Shown piece by piece: positions 49,318 to 64,000 of a stretch of 64,000 bases of DNA; positions within the stretch are counted from its first letter, which is position 1; every line of letters starts with the position of its first letter. The stretch is from Chrysomallon squamiferum (taxonomy: Eukaryota > Animalia > Mollusca). Location of the stretch: positions 18,538,001 to 18,602,000 of the forward strand of contig CM022667.1 in NCBI GenBank assembly GCA_012295275.1, in the 5' to 3' direction. Made by a program: the position numbers and the translations under genes. The notes below the pieces were generated by a model, which did no database searches, was not told the DNA's origin, and was given only the letters and a program-made list of their open reading frames with translations.

Positions 49318-49720
49318 TATATTCATAATGTGTTTTCAAATTCGATAACAAAGAAATATATATTATTTAATACAATTTTTGGATGTGATCACATGTGCAT
49401 ATTTTCACTCAAGAGCTGACAATTCTACATTTTTATTATACTTACAAGTTAAGAATCTGATAAAACTTCTAACAAATACCAACAATAATATCGCAACATA
49501 TTTAAACTATACAACACAATTTATTTATCTTGGGCCAAAAATAAAAATAAAAATATGTTAATAAGACAAATTCATTTTTTCAAAAAGAACAAAACAGTAA
49601 ATAAATAAATTTTGCATACATCAGCTACTTAGAGAATACATTTATTTTTTAATCATGAAAAATGTATTCATGTTTATACCAATTTAAGAAGCAAAGAAAA
49701 GCACTGAAAGAGAATCTTGC

Positions 49721-52700
49721 TCAAGGACTTCTATTAAGAATAGAAATACAAGTGTCTAACTTGGTGGCAAGTTCTGCTTTGAGTTCTCCCTTAGTCTGTT
49801 CATATATTTCTGGACTTGTTTTTTGAATGTTCTGAACAAACTGTATTAGCATCATCTGGACATCTAAAATAAATAAATTGTGGTAAACATCAAGAAATAT
49901 TTAAAATAAGTAACAGAAAATTATGTTTATATAATAAATAAAATAATTATTTGAGATTATAAACTGAGTTGCTATATTCTCCAAATCTACTGAAAAGATT
50001 AATAAAATGATTAGAAGGAATCACATAAAATATTTTTGAAAATTGTAATGAAAACTAATATTTATTTACAAACATAACTGACCTTGTTTGACTTGTTCGT
50101 TCCCCAGAATATCTGCAATAGAACTTAGTAACTGCGGAACATATTTTACTACCTGAAATATATATTTTTTAAATGTATATAAATAACTAGAGATTACTGA
50201 TTAATTTGCCAAATGGAAAAAAAAAACCCAAAAAACAATCCCCCCCCCAAAAAAAATGATGAAAAAAAACAAATATATATATATTTATATATAAAGAAAG
50301 AATATTTAAAGAAAAGATCCTAGAACAGTTAAAAAAGAAATAACAATAATAAAAGAAATAATTAAAATTGAGAAAATACTCTACATAAAAAATATATAAA
50401 TAATCTTAAATAAATCAGCTTTCCATTTCTCATCCAAAACTCAAAATTAACCTAGGCTTTTTCTGTCTGTACCTGAATTGTGTTATATATGATTTATGAA
50501 TATGTCAGAACAACAAAATAGGAAATGAAATTAAAAAACCCCAGAGAATCTAAAAAAAAAAATACAATAAACAAAAATATATATTAGTAATAATGATAAT
50601 AAAGAGAAGAAAAAAAAAATTAAAACATTTACAAAAATAAAATAATAAATAGTAAGAAGAAAATAAAAAGAATAATAGAAGTAAATACAAAATAAATATA
50701 AGGAAACGATATTAAGAAAAAAGTAAATTAAGACTATAGTATACTTGACAAAACCCAAATACACACAAACTAAGGCAAGATGCAAGACCAAATAAAATAA
50801 ATTGTAAAAAATTACTAGCAGCTAATTGCTAGATATAAATATTTCTCTGAAACTCACTTCATTCTCCCCTTCACTATAGAGATGTATAAGTGTTCTATAA
50901 ACAGTAGAAGTCTCCTCTAAGTCTTGTTTTAGCGGCAAGCACTTCACCACTACAGGAATAACCTAAAGTAATAATATTTAACGTAAACAGCTAACAAAGA
51001 AAATGAATATATTTAGTATTGAAGAACATCTTCAGATCTGCTTATTGCATGATCAGTCCTCTTCGATACATTTATTGTGTTATGATGTTCCAAAGTTCTA
51101 TGGATTCTGTCTCAAAAATATCCTGTATGTTTACTTTTTAAAAGGAAAATAAAAAATCAGCAACACTAATTAATAACAATAGCTTTATACTTAAAAAATT
51201 TATGACTGATAAAAGTGACACATAATAATCATTAATAGTAAAATGAAATGAGATACCTCATTAAACAGTTATTTCAATAAAACAATGTGCATGAGACTAT
51301 GTAAAACTATACAAACTAGTCTTGGTATAAACCTCTAAGAGATTACAGAAGAAAAATAAATATTAAATATAAAAGTCAAACAGTCTTTAGATGAAATAAA
51401 GAGCCTTTTATTTTTATTATTAATATAATAACTCACATGTTCAAGGTGTACAATACTCCTGTTAGCCCATATCATTCTACATGTAGCAGCACATATATTG
51501 TCCTGAACTCTACCATCTCTTTCTTTGCTGAGAATATCAAACAAAGCCTTTAGAACGTCAGGATACTGACTGATGCCAAGTTAAAGAAAAATATTGTTCT
51601 AAACTTATAAACCAAATTTTCTTTACACACAACACACAGACATTAAAAATCATGCAGATGTATATCTGCGCATGTGTGTGTGTTTCTTTGTTAAAAGATC
51701 TGATTTTTATGTATGAAAAACTAAAAAAAAAAGAAACAAAATATGTATTGTGAGTGGTCTTAATTCATCTCTCTAATCACAGAGAGTAAATTTGAATAAC
51801 ATATCTGAACTTGTGCTTGTGAATAGACTGCATGATTTTTATGGACATGAATATGCAGAACCCTGAATGTGAATGGATATAATGGTTTTCAATGTTTACG
51901 TAAAAGCATGTAACTGAATACAAAAGTCTGACATATATATATATATATATATATATTTATGATATGTCAAGGATATGGATATAGCTTTTCACCACTGTTA
52001 GCAACAAGTACTCCAAGAGCAAAGACAGCATTGCTGCGAACCTCTTCATCTTCTTCATGAATCATTTTCATAAAAACTGGGTACAATGGATCAACAAAGG
52101 CAGCTGATGTTACTCCACAAGCCTCCAGTGTCTCGGCTAGTGTACCCACAGCAAATGATTTCTCTGCTGTTGAACTGGTCTGTTTCTGAAAAAGCAAACA
52201 AATAAATAATTGAATAATAATAATAAAAATTATTCCCAAGTTTTTTTTATACATCTTTTTTAATTATATTTCTAGTTTTTTACTTTTTGTTGTGATTATA
52301 AGTTTTTTTTATTTCTGTGATTTGTTTTTAAGTGTGTTTAGACATTTGTATATGTGTGATTGCTTGTACATATGTTTGTTAGTGTCTGTATTGTGTGTGT
52401 TTATGTGTCTATGCCTGGCTGTTTGCATGTGTGTGTGTGTGTGTGTGCATGCGTGCATTTGTGTGTGCGTGTGTGCATGTGCGTGTGTGCATGTGTGTGT
52501 GTGTGTGTGTGAGTGTGTGCGTGTGTGTGTGAGTTTCCACTCACTAATCTCTTGAGCAGATCTGTTATAAAACTGCTGAAAAATGGTAGAAACTTGTCTC
52601 CTCCCAATATTCGAGCCATCACAGGCAGAACATCACCCCCTGACTCTATCAACATCCCATCATACTCTGCCTGCTGCTCCTCCTCATCTTCCTCATCCTG

Positions 52701-55700
52701 GTCCTGACATGATAACTGAAATTACAAAATATATTTTAATACTATTTATTTTTATTTATTACACTACTATTACAACACAATCACTAGTACCACAACCACT
52801 ATGGTCATTACCACCATTCTCACACCACAACTATGACCATCATAAACACCACAATCATCATCACATCATATTATTAATATTACCTGTATAGTACTAGTAC
52901 TAATATAGATACAATCACTACCACTGAGACAGCTATTAATACTAATATCACTATTAATTCTATTATTAATTCTACTGATTATAATAAACAAATCAAATTA
53001 TAATATGTAAAAAAATAGGAGAAAATTATACATCCATATCAAAATCTGTATAAATATATTTATATGTATGTATTTTTTTTCCCCACTGAAACATACATTT
53101 TTTGTCACTTTTTATTTATTTTTAATAATAACCTATCTAGAAGCAAATATTATATATAAAAATGAGTAAATAATGATTTTTTTTCATACAAAAAGCTAAC
53201 ATTACCTTATGAGTAAAGATCTCTTTGACAACTGATAAGATAACATCTGTGGCACCAGTGATCTGTAAAACTGGTTCTCCAATTTTATTTAATATTTCCT
53301 GGACTGCATCCACTGCAGCCATAACAACTGTACGATCCATCTCCTCTCTGATGATGCTGATGTATTTAGGAATCATTGCTACCAGCATTGTTTTCAAGGC
53401 TCAAAAATATTACATGTAAATATGAATAATAATTGATAGTATAATTAAACAAATATTTCAATCTTTAACTCTGTTTCCTACTTTTTAGGACACCTGTAAG
53501 TTTACACATTTTTAATGTTTATAAATATGTTTGTAAACTGATTAATATATAATTACCTGTTTCAGCATCTGATGAAGGCGTTTGAGAATGAAACAGATGA
53601 ACAGACATACAGAACTGGGCTAGAGTTGTAATGGCAGCTTTTTTCACATTTGAAGCAGGATAAGTAAGAAGATCTAGAATTTCTGCATAACATTTCTCTA
53701 AATACGGCAAAAAGGCTGATCTGAGAACAGATATTTTTTAATTAGACATTCTATTATTTCAATCATATATACATGTAGATATTCTCCAAATTATTTTAAC
53801 TGTTGTAATTACTATTTAAATTCTCACTTGTATTAATGTAAAAATTTAAAAATTAAACTGATTATCTGACAGTACTCACCCAATATTTTCTGCTAGTTCA
53901 CCAAGAGCAGCACATGCGTCTTCTTTTTCATCCAGATATGAGTTCATAACACTGATACTGAAAATGAATAAACAAAACACCTGAAAGGTCATTTTAAGAT
54001 GCTGTTAGTTATGCATGCAGTATTATTTAATTTCAATAACATTTATAGATAGAATGATCTAAAATTATTACCCTTCCACTTTATCTTCATCATCATCTTC
54101 ATCACCATCAGCTATTTCTTCATCATCATTGAATTCATCCTCATTTATTATGGACACTGAATTTTCTTTGTAATATGGCTGGTAATAAAAGTAATTTCTG
54201 TTCATGGCAAGTGCAACCACCAAGTTATTTATTCCTTTTAATAATAAAATTTGATTATCTGATATTTATAATCACCAAGTTATTCTTCCTTACTAATAAG
54301 GCTGGTAATACAAATATATGTCTATAAATGTTATGTTTAACAAGTGAATTATTTTATAAGGAAAAAAAGAAAAAGAAAAAGAGTAAGAAAAAAGTGAAAC
54401 ATTATCCAGACTTATTCATTTCTTTTCATATGTTTACAGAAATAAAACACTGAATTATTGAAGTTTATAAAATATATTTAGGCTATTTAGTTGTACAATT
54501 ATTTATTATTCATCAAAAAAATATGATCCTGTTTCACACAACAATTAAAGAAATTAGTGTAAAGTCTACTTGTGCAAAAGCCTACCAAAATACAACTGGA
54601 GAACTCTAGTAATTCGACTGTATAATATAGCTGATAACCAACTCACTGTGAAGCCCTCCAGTGACTTGACTGACTGTAAAATGTAGTTGATAATTTTCTC
54701 CAGGTTGGTACTCATATCTGCTTTTACTACATTTGAAATGGCTGCAAACATCATAAAGCTGTAATAAAATAAACAAAATCTAATTGTAACAAAACTAAAA
54801 TTAATATATTCTTGTGGTGATATGAATACCTTATAATCTACATACTGACAGACAGCTATTTCTGACAAAGGACATGAGAGGTAAATTTGATGTTACTTAT
54901 GGCTTTGTCAGTCAAAAAGATTCTGATATTGTAACTGACATAAAATAATATATAAGTGAATATCAGTTTATTATGATTAAAAACAATTAGTTGCTATTAT
55001 TGGCTACTCTACAGAAACAATATGATTATTTTTATTCTGACAAAGTGAATGATAGTTATCCCAACAATATATTATGACTTAGTTTAGCATTTACTTACAA
55101 TGAACAACAAAGTCAATCTTACTGCACTGAACAACTTACACACATCTTCTTAGATCTGGGTCATCTGTAGAATCAAGAAGTCTAAGGCCAAGCAGAATAC
55201 ATTCATTAGAAAGAGGTCGAAATGTCTCAGCACCAATGTTTCTAGCTAGCAGTCCAAGAGATTCTACACAAAAATAAAAAATACAGATAAACAGAGAGTG
55301 GCAGAAACAGAGATAAAGAATGAAAGAACTTAGAAGATATATTGTTTTGATCTTGGAAATATTTACTGAATAAAATGAAAAAATTCTACTAGAAAAATAC
55401 AAATTATAAATTAAAAAAAAAAAAATATATATATATATAAAAAAGAAAAACAACAAAGAATAATATTTCATTTCAAAATCATGACCAAAATTTGTTACTT
55501 TCAACTGAGGAAAGTAATTCTATGCCATGGTATTTACTTTGGTTAAATATGTCCAAAAAAAGAGCCAACAAAAAATTACTTTAAAAATATTAATTTCCCA
55601 TTTTAAAAATCTTTCCTGTATAAAAGATAAATATACCTATTGTTTGTATTTTTAACTTCATCATATCTTCACTTTCAGAATCATTCAAATATGTTTTGAA

Positions 55701-58700
55701 AATTTCTATAATCTGTGGAAAGTATGGTACCATGTTTTCTTTAGCTGCACATGCTGCAAGTTAAAATAATCAAACCATGATAAGTTAGAAGTATTTCAGT
55801 TATTAACTAAACCCACTACATATAACTGATAATATAATTTAGATTATTTTAAATAAAAAATTAGAATTATATTTTAAAGGCATTAACTTTTAAATAAAAA
55901 TTATTATTGAACAGCTGATGTCTAGGACATGACTTGACACACTCCAGATCACCTTAAGAATATTTTAAAATATGCTTTTAGTGGCATAAATAACTACCAT
56001 AAATATACAAAGTGAAATATTTACTTACTAATGGTTTAACACTTAACATTTACCATGATTGCAACATTTAGCAGTGTATGTAACTATGGATATAATATTT
56101 ACCAATAGGTTAACAACATAACATTGGTTTTATCACCTACCAGTAGATCCTATGGCACTGATTGCCAGTTCTTTGGCTCGGACTGTTGTTGACGACTGCA
56201 AAATGGATAAGATATGTTCCATCAGAACTGGAAGGAATGGCAGTATTTCTTTGCCTGGAAAACATTAACAAAATAATTTAATAGACAACTGATTAAAATA
56301 TTTGGAAAAATAGTTTCTTTTCAATTCAGCAGACTGTTTTTAAGAATAACAAACATTTGAAGCATACAACCAAGATATATAAAGAACATATAAATTTTCA
56401 GCTAATATGGGAAATAACAAAATAAAATAAACCATCATACTTTTTCTGACTTACACTAAGCTACATTTACTCCCATTATCTCTAGTATTATTATTCATGA
56501 TAAAACAACAATCAATATACCAGTCAGTAAGTTTTATATAAACTGAAAAGTGATATTTCTATACAAACAAAACAATATTTAAATTATAATTTGTAAATTA
56601 AATTCTTACAGAAATTCAGTAAACTATGTGATCCTAATTGTTGTTGTTTATAAAATAATTTCCAGATAATGTAACTAACCAAGATTTTCACAGAACATTT
56701 CCAGAGCATAATAACTCTTTGTAAGACCATGTGGATTTTTATCTGCATTGTGTGTGGCTTGTCCAAGATGTTGAAACAATACAGGAAGCAGCTCGGAGGC
56801 AAATTTGCTAATATCTGGCTAAAAAGTAAAAATGAGAATCCAAATTATAACTATTCTGAGTTTCTTACCTATCTATCAAACAAAATACATTTTTAAAAAT
56901 ATTAAACATACTAACACAATATTAAAAATAATTAAAACAACATATTAGCAACCAGTGCAAGTTCTTCTGAATCTGCTGCATTTTTATACTGTTCACACTT
57001 TCAACTTTTAGTATCAATCAGTTTTAAGGAATATATATATTTTTTTTTTATAAAACTTATTATTATTATTATTTATTTTTGTTCTTTCTGGCCTGAATAA
57101 TACCTTGAAAGGAAAGAATGGAACAATTTTCATTAGTTTATTTGACATTTTATTATTTGAAGATGTGTTTTTCCCAGTTAAGTTACATTTAAACTGTAAT
57201 AATGGATATGGTGTAACTAGCTTAAAATGAATTAGTTTTCAAATCAGCAGACTCTTATTACAATGAGACTATTATCCATTACTTAACACAAACCTGCAGA
57301 TGTTCTGAAAACTGTCCTAGAGCAAACAGGGCAGCATTTTTGACAAGTGGTTCTGGATCAACAAGGCCCTTACAGACACACGGCAATATAGCATTCAGAT
57401 GTCTGTAAAAACAAAATAATTAATTAATAAATGCTTTCACTGTAATGAAATTTTTACCATTATAAATACATAGTCAGAATACACTAGATATCATTTGTTG
57501 TCAAATAATAGTAAGATTGATTTTTTTTTTTCACTTAGATGTACAAAAATGTTTTATCAAAATTATGCTTTTAAAACAGGACATACATCCAATATGAAAT
57601 GTATGAAATATATTAATTAAGCATGCAGTAGTAAGTAAATGATCTTACTTATTCATCAAATAGTCAGCACATCCCTCGGCAACCACAGCCATTGCCATGT
57701 ATGCTGCCCTGCGAGGACCAACTTCTCTGCTTTGAAGACCTGACTCTACCATAGACATCTGAAATAGTAAAAAAATATTAATACTATAACATGTAACAGA
57801 AAGAATTCTCTAACAAAAATATTATTTATTCAGTTCCATGAGAATCAACATGAAGAAAGTGATTGCAATGGGACAGCTTCCAACAGGTTAAAAATAATTC
57901 TCAACACTGTCTAACTGAATGAATTCTATCTAGATAAATAAAATTCTTGATAAATAATTAAAATCATTAAAAACAAAAATGTTTATCAGAATTTATTTAA
58001 CTCACTAGTGGCGGAATCAGTTTCTCTGGTGGAAGATGTAAGGCCATGACGTCAACCACCTATAAAATAGTTCTAAGGTTTCAGCACAATTTACATCAGA
58101 TTATTGATTTTACTAGTGCAAAAACAAGCTTAAGTCAATTCACAGACAAAATAAAAGGCAAAGAAAAATTAATATGATTCAAATGAGAAATCATATAATT
58201 TTATTAATATTTGTAATATTATAGTTGATACAATGCATTATTGATTATTATGACCTTTATAATTTATACACATCTTCTCTTATCATGAAAATATACAATA
58301 TCTTTCATAAACTTATTAAACAAATATGTATATCGCTAGAAAAAGAAGAAAGACCATGTGTGAAAAATTCAGATCAATCCATAATAAATAAATAAAAATT
58401 ATATTTGTCTCAGTACTTTTTAACAGTAATGCTTATTGGGCATCCTGAAAGTTGAGGAATTTCCCTTCCTTTTTTACAAACCTGTATAGGTAAAAGCAAC
58501 AAACCTGTCCTGCATACTGACTAGGGCTACTAGACTCCTCCCCATCATCATCTTCAAGATCTGTTAAATCTTTGTCCTTTTCTCCAATAGTACACATGAC
58601 TGGAAATAACACCTGAAGTATGGGTTCTACTAGTTTCTGCTTCAGCAGTGACTAATTTAAAATAATAATTATTATAATAATTATAAATATTTTCAATTCT

Positions 58701-61700
58701 TTTATATTCAGAAACATAGGATAAAAAAAGGTTTTGTTTATGACATAAAATTAAATATACAACACGATAATTCTTTACAATATAAAATATTCAAATGCAT
58801 TTATATTTTATTAACTTCAAATGTTATTAGACAGCTTTATTTGCTGACTCAGATTATTTTCAATGTTATTTTAATTATTTCAATAGTTTTGTTTTCGTTT
58901 AACTTTTTTTTTGCTTATTTTGATATCTACCTTTTTCTTCAGTTTGACAACACCACTAATTATAGACATGGCTTTAATTCTCACAGCATCTCCATAGCAA
59001 CTATTTGTTGTTACCTGAAATTTTTATTTTACAAATCACTCACATTATTTGATATTCAGAACAAACTATTTTTATTACACAGAATTACTGAGATTCAGTT
59101 CGTTTCTCCATTATGAAAGCTTTTAGTTTTATATGACATTATTAATGTTTCCAAATAATAATTAATTATTTTAAGTCAAACATTACTAACAATACAGATA
59201 TTACAAAAATCAAATAAAAATTTTATAATGTTAATATCATTAACTACATTTTTATAAAATAAAAATAAGTGTTGCTGAGAGGTCATATAAAGAGACAAAT
59301 TTTAATGATGAAGAAGGTTAAAAAAATAAATAAAAAGGAACTGTAAGAACTGGGAATATATTTCAACATGAAACAATAGATGACTGGGGCAAATTGTGGT
59401 GGATTTAAACATTATCCAGCATTAAGAAAAGTATAATTCAGTGACAGAAAGTATCAGAAATTTCACCTGAAGACAAAAATCAACAAGGGTTTTGATGTGA
59501 GGAAGAAGAACGGTCACTTCAGATTCTATCAGTTCATCAAAAAGACTAAGAGCTTCACAGGCTTCATCCTGAAATCAGAATACAGAGTAAGCAATCTTGA
59601 AACAAAATACAGAAAAACTTTATTTTATATAGCCACTTACACAAATATTTAATTTAAAAAAAAAAATAATAAAAAATTCTAAATTATATACTTTTTTACA
59701 TTAACCATTGCCAGATCACTGGAACCATTATTGTGTGTGAAATACAATTTTACTGGTAAAAATGACTGGTAAAAGTGAACCTTTAAGGGTTCTGTTTTAC
59801 AAACTTTTATTTTTATTTTATTATTAATTTTTCTTATCTTACTGTTGGTGAAAATTTACATATTATAAAGAAGATAGATACAATAACATTAAGTATCATT
59901 ATTATTATTATTTTAAATTACCTCACTCTGCAATAACTGTTGAATTATTTCCAGTATACGTCCAACTCTATTTTGGATAAATTTCTGAAAATGAAATTAA
60001 AATAAATTGAAAAAAGATGTTAATTATATATATCAGAATTAAAATAAAAACATTTTTTTATTATAAAGGACTCTGCAGTGTGTGTGTCTGTGCATGTGTG
60101 AAAGGGGAGAGAGCATTTCAATTACAATTTATATATTTAAGTATCAGTTTTTAAATAAATTTTAATGTTATCAAATCTTAGTTTTTCACCAATATATATC
60201 AACATCCTGGATTTCTAACAAACCTTTTCATCATCTCCAATGTAGAAAGCTAGCTCAGTCATTGCTCTGAAATCACAAAAAAACAAAAAAAACAAATATA
60301 TTGAGAACTATATTGAAATGTAAAATGTGGATAACAAAATCAAAAGATTATATGCATCAGTGAGTTGTATATGAGTGTGTGTGTGTGTGTGTGTGAAATA
60401 AAATATATTAAAAAATAACATTGTAGAATAATGAATTTTTACACATATTATGAATACACTCCGGTACAACCCAATAAGTAAGAGAAAAAAGAAAGGCTAT
60501 GTCACAGAAATGTTTAGCTATTAAGCACAATTAGTCTTCGCTTATTCAGCCACAGAAAACGTTAATGATCATAATAAAAGAAATTACCTGATAGCATTAT
60601 ATGGAACTCGTTTACTCTGTGTATCATCCAACATTTCTGAGAGCAGTGTCATCACAAAAACAAGATATGGTTTTAACTGTTCACCGGCTACTGAAGTTAT
60701 GGTGTACAGCAGTGCTACTCCCAACTAAATAAATAAATACTTATTAAAAAGTATTTATTATGTTAAAAATATGCTATTTGTTAAACAGAGTATAACAAAA
60801 TAATATATTTTCAAACATGGTCTTGACAAAAAAAGTTTAAAATATATGAAAACTGAAGATTATTGTAAAATGGGTATTTTAAAATCAAATTGATTGTGTA
60901 TATTAATCAGTATCCAAGAGCAGAATTAAATTTGTTTTTCTGATTGTATGTTTATAATAAAGACAAGGTAAATTACAAGTTTAACAAGATATACAATATA
61001 ATTATTATATCTAATATAAATGCTTGTTTCACACACCCCGACATTATACACACACGATTATTATTTACAGAGAAAGACTGTAAAATAATTTCATTAACAA
61101 GTTCATTTCAACTATTCATATTTGTTACCTCCCTTTATTTATAAAACCACCAACCTCTCTTTTATCTGTATCCTGGTCTTTAGCACATGATGAAATAAAT
61201 TCAAACATCTGTGGCCATTGATTGGTTGGAAGGTCATGCTTGGCAATAGTGGCTATCACCTGTGACAGGGCATTTGAAACATTCTGTCTGTTATCAACAA
61301 AAAACAAACAAAAAATTAAATCCTAAAAAAAAGCTTAATATTAAAAAATATATTCAGTTAAAAATACAACTGTAATAATATAATTAATTTAGTTTATTAT
61401 TATTAATGCATATGTATTACAAAATAAATGACAAATTACATCACTTCAGTTAGTTTAAATATTAAAATTCCATTTATTTTGAAAGTCTGCTTGGATGAAT
61501 AGCAGATGAAAGGAACTATTTAGGTAACTACATCTAATACTGCAACTATTCAAATAAAATTATTTTCAATTAAAAAAAAAAATTAAAAATTAAAATCTGA
61601 AGTTTTTACTTACTCTCTGTCTTGCACATAGAGTTTCAGAATATTGTCACGAATACTGGAATTAAAAACAGAATGTTCCAATTTAATAAAAAAATAATAA

Positions 61701-62370
61701 AACAAAACATCTATATTTCTCTCCTCTTCAGAAAAAAACATGCAGATGTACTTATTATAGTAATGTTACTTGTTTTTAATGTTTTTAAACATATATACAT
61801 ACATATACATATACGTATTTTATTTAACAGTTGGCGAGTAACTATGAAGATATCAGTTCAATGGTTCATTCTCAATATCAAATATTCCACAATATATATA
61901 TATACAGTAGAATTAGTTAAATGTTAATAAGTTAAATTAGTAAAATGCAAATACCTCTGCTTGACACCACTGGATAAAGAATTCCACTGTTTTGCTCTGT
62001 AAATCTTTTTTCTTAACAATACAGCTGCATACTGTCTTACCTAGAAACATTTATAACAATAACAAACCGAAAGAAAAAACGAATATCTTAAATTTAAAAT
62101 ATTTTCTGAGGAAAATCAGTTTCTATAAGATCTCTTGAAAAATATTTATTAAATCTGAAGTGAGGTATTCATAATTTTAAATAATTTAATTAAATATAAT
62201 CATTTTAAAATTTTCAGTTTTTTCACTGAAAGTATTAAATGAATTATTCAATATGTCACTAATTACATCTAAAAAATAACAACCTGTGGAGCCTGTGATC
62301 CTGCTAGAATCTGACACAAAGCTGGCAAAGCATCTGGCTTCTTAAAGAATTCCTTTAATTGTTCTGTTGC
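49721..62370 (-). CDS. IPO4: Importin-4 (karyopherin-beta family, HEAT repeats), 5'-partial, 28 coding exons in window
   Basis: Phase-consistent exons: 62284-62370, 61955-62040, 61614-61655, 61155-61287, 60588-60724, 60224-60266, 59922-59984, 59467-59568, 58931-59014, 58505-58651, 58006-58059, 57649-57758, 57294-57402, 56680-56818, 56141-56254, 55637-55753, 55140-55263, 54647-54758, 54072-54178, 53880-53957, 53557-53720, 53206-53399, 52545-52715, 51977-52185, 51437-51569, 50858-50962, 50083-50152, 49721-49863 (1058 codons plus stop). Motifs: VRQYAAVLLRKK (IBN_N), VKNAALFALGQFSEHLQPDI, DDPDLRRC, NSYLDEKEDAC, QAEYDGMLIESGGD, AEKSFAVGTLAE, EVRSNAVFALG, RVQDNICAA. The first coding exon was not found in the window. 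Confidence 0.94.
51570..51976 (-). other. IPO4: U12-type intron with AT-AG termini in IPO4
   Basis: 5' splice site |ATATCCTTGA. Branch site TTTCTTTAAC (51580-51589) followed by TTGGCATCAG|. This join keeps the frame (EKLYP/QYPDVLKALFDIL); nearby AC dinucleotides lead to stops. Confidence 0.82.
52390..52531. repeat. Degenerate (TG)n/(TGCA) microsatellite in an IPO4 intron
   Basis: Direct reading. Confidence 0.9.
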
Positions 62371-62656
62371 CTGCAAAATCAATAATTGGGTAAGGTGAAA
62401 AATTATAAATGTTCAAAATTTTTTACAATGAAAGGCAGTGCTGTTTCCTGTCAATAGGCAAGTGTCCCAAAAAATTCCATTTATGCAAACCAATAACAGT
62501 AGTTGATGATAATGGGTTTTATTTGTATGTCATAATTATTTATGTACAAACACACCTTGAAATTTCAGTGAAATCCTCAAAATCAAGTTACTTTCTTTTG
62601 GTTTATTCTTTTGTTTATTCCAGTAACTGAAAACTTAATTCAGTAAAAGCTCTGTC

Positions 62657-62698
<42 letters not shown>

Positions 62699-64000
62699 TG
62701 TGTGCATGTGAATGTGTGCGTGCAGGCATTCCTGAGGATATGCAAATAACTTGATAAAATAAAATACAGAATAGTCATTGCTAAAAATAATTGTTAGAGT
62801 ACAAATACCATTACAATAATGATGACATTCCAGAATTTTTATTTACAAAAGCAAACAAAAATTTAAAAAAAATATGTGAAATTTTTTCTTTTAAACTTTT
62901 AATATCATATTACTTGTTCACTGATGTGACAAAAATTTGTCTTTGTCACAATGGGAGATCTCCCAACTTTTGTGATGCATGTATGCTTTCCTTGAAGATA
63001 TTTCCCTCATTCTCATTTCTGTTTCATCATTTTTTTTATATTTTGAAAAACAAAATATATCATGACATAGCATACATATTCTGCTTCATCTTTGTATTTG
63101 TTTCTTGCAAGCTTTGATAAACAAGGGAGAATAAACAGACAAATTTAGTTTCAAAATGATTGCCTTGTGACCAAGATAAGCTTAGGATTTTAAATCATAC
63201 ACAAATTACAAACTATGCATTACTATCATAGTCTGCCAAATTTCATACAAACAGGCACTTAATTTTGGATACCAAAATGTGAAGTGTCCTCAGTTAATGA
63301 CTTGACCATAGTGATAACTATTGCTGCCAGCATCTGAAAAGTTCAATGTTTAGTTTATTTTGTTTGATTTCGTAACTATGTGGACTAATTTCAGTTTTAG
63401 ATAATATTTTCTTTTTGACAAAGTTGTTGATTACTAAGAGAGATCTTAGCAAGTTATGAATTTTTGGATATCTATGTAATGAAGTCATATGGGAAATTAA
63501 TGCTAATTAGTATTATCAAAATGTAAATTCAACAATTCATCTGTCATATAAAATGATATTTTTGTATACTGGTGTAATTTCTATGGAGTTTTTTTTAAAT
63601 TACATAATTAAGGCATACTGTGAATTTCAGCTAATTTGTGAATTATTTAAATTTCAGCAAATTTTCATATGATAAAAATTCGTAACTTTTTCCATTAATC
63701 AATTTAATGCTATCAACGATATCTTGGTGTCATTTTAATCGGTGATTTTTTTTTTTTTGTCTTTTTGGTGATATATTAAATTTTGTCTGTGTAATTATTT
63801 AACAATAATTTTTTTTAATAATAAAATAAAGTATACCTCTTTCTGGCTATCATTTTATCAATAAGACTCACGGGAGGATGACAATCACTGAATCACAATC
63901 GTGACAATATGAATGTCTAAATGTGACGGACACGTGTCTTTTGTTTTGACAATTTAATGACGATTAAGTAATTACCAAATCAAACATCAAGTTCAATTAA

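Noticed and set aside
63837-63900. Minus-strand ATG...AG|gtatac as the IPO4 first exon
   Set aside because: Wrong phase (2, whereas the next exon needs 0) and no similarity to the expected importin-4 N-terminus; the true first exon is probably beyond 64000.

Overview
Eukaryotic, AT-rich, microsatellite-dense animal DNA; an invertebrate, possibly a mollusc or other lophotrochozoan (inference only). Three conserved genes could be rebuilt exon by exon with consistent phases. (1) Peroxisomal Lon protease LONP2: minus strand, 17 coding exons, 42797->26640, about 842 aa, ending in the PTS1 signal SKL. (2) An F-box/LRR protein of the FBXL9/LRRC29 type: plus strand, 43020->45395, 643 aa, two coding exons. 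It lies head-to-head with LONP2, with 222 bp between start codons and a central 16-bp palindrome. (3) Importin-4 (IPO4): minus strand, 28 coding exons, 62370->49721, with the first exon apparently beyond the window. LONP2 and IPO4 each contain a minor-spliceosome (U12)-type intron; the IPO4 one appears to be a rare AT-AG hybrid. LONP2 introns hold decayed DNA transposons: a long-TIR Sola2-like element, an Academ-like element nested inside a piggyBac-like remnant, and a Tigger/pogo derivative. Two more Tigger-like elements and a Tc1 remnant lie outside LONP2. The first 26 kb has no recognisable protein domains. It contains simple repeats, two minisatellites, an isolated GC-rich hairpin and a few well-bounded minus-strand exon candidates that may be the 5' end of an unidentified gene. 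I found no clearly novel multi-gene system; the best leads are the splicing, promoter and nested-transposon observations.
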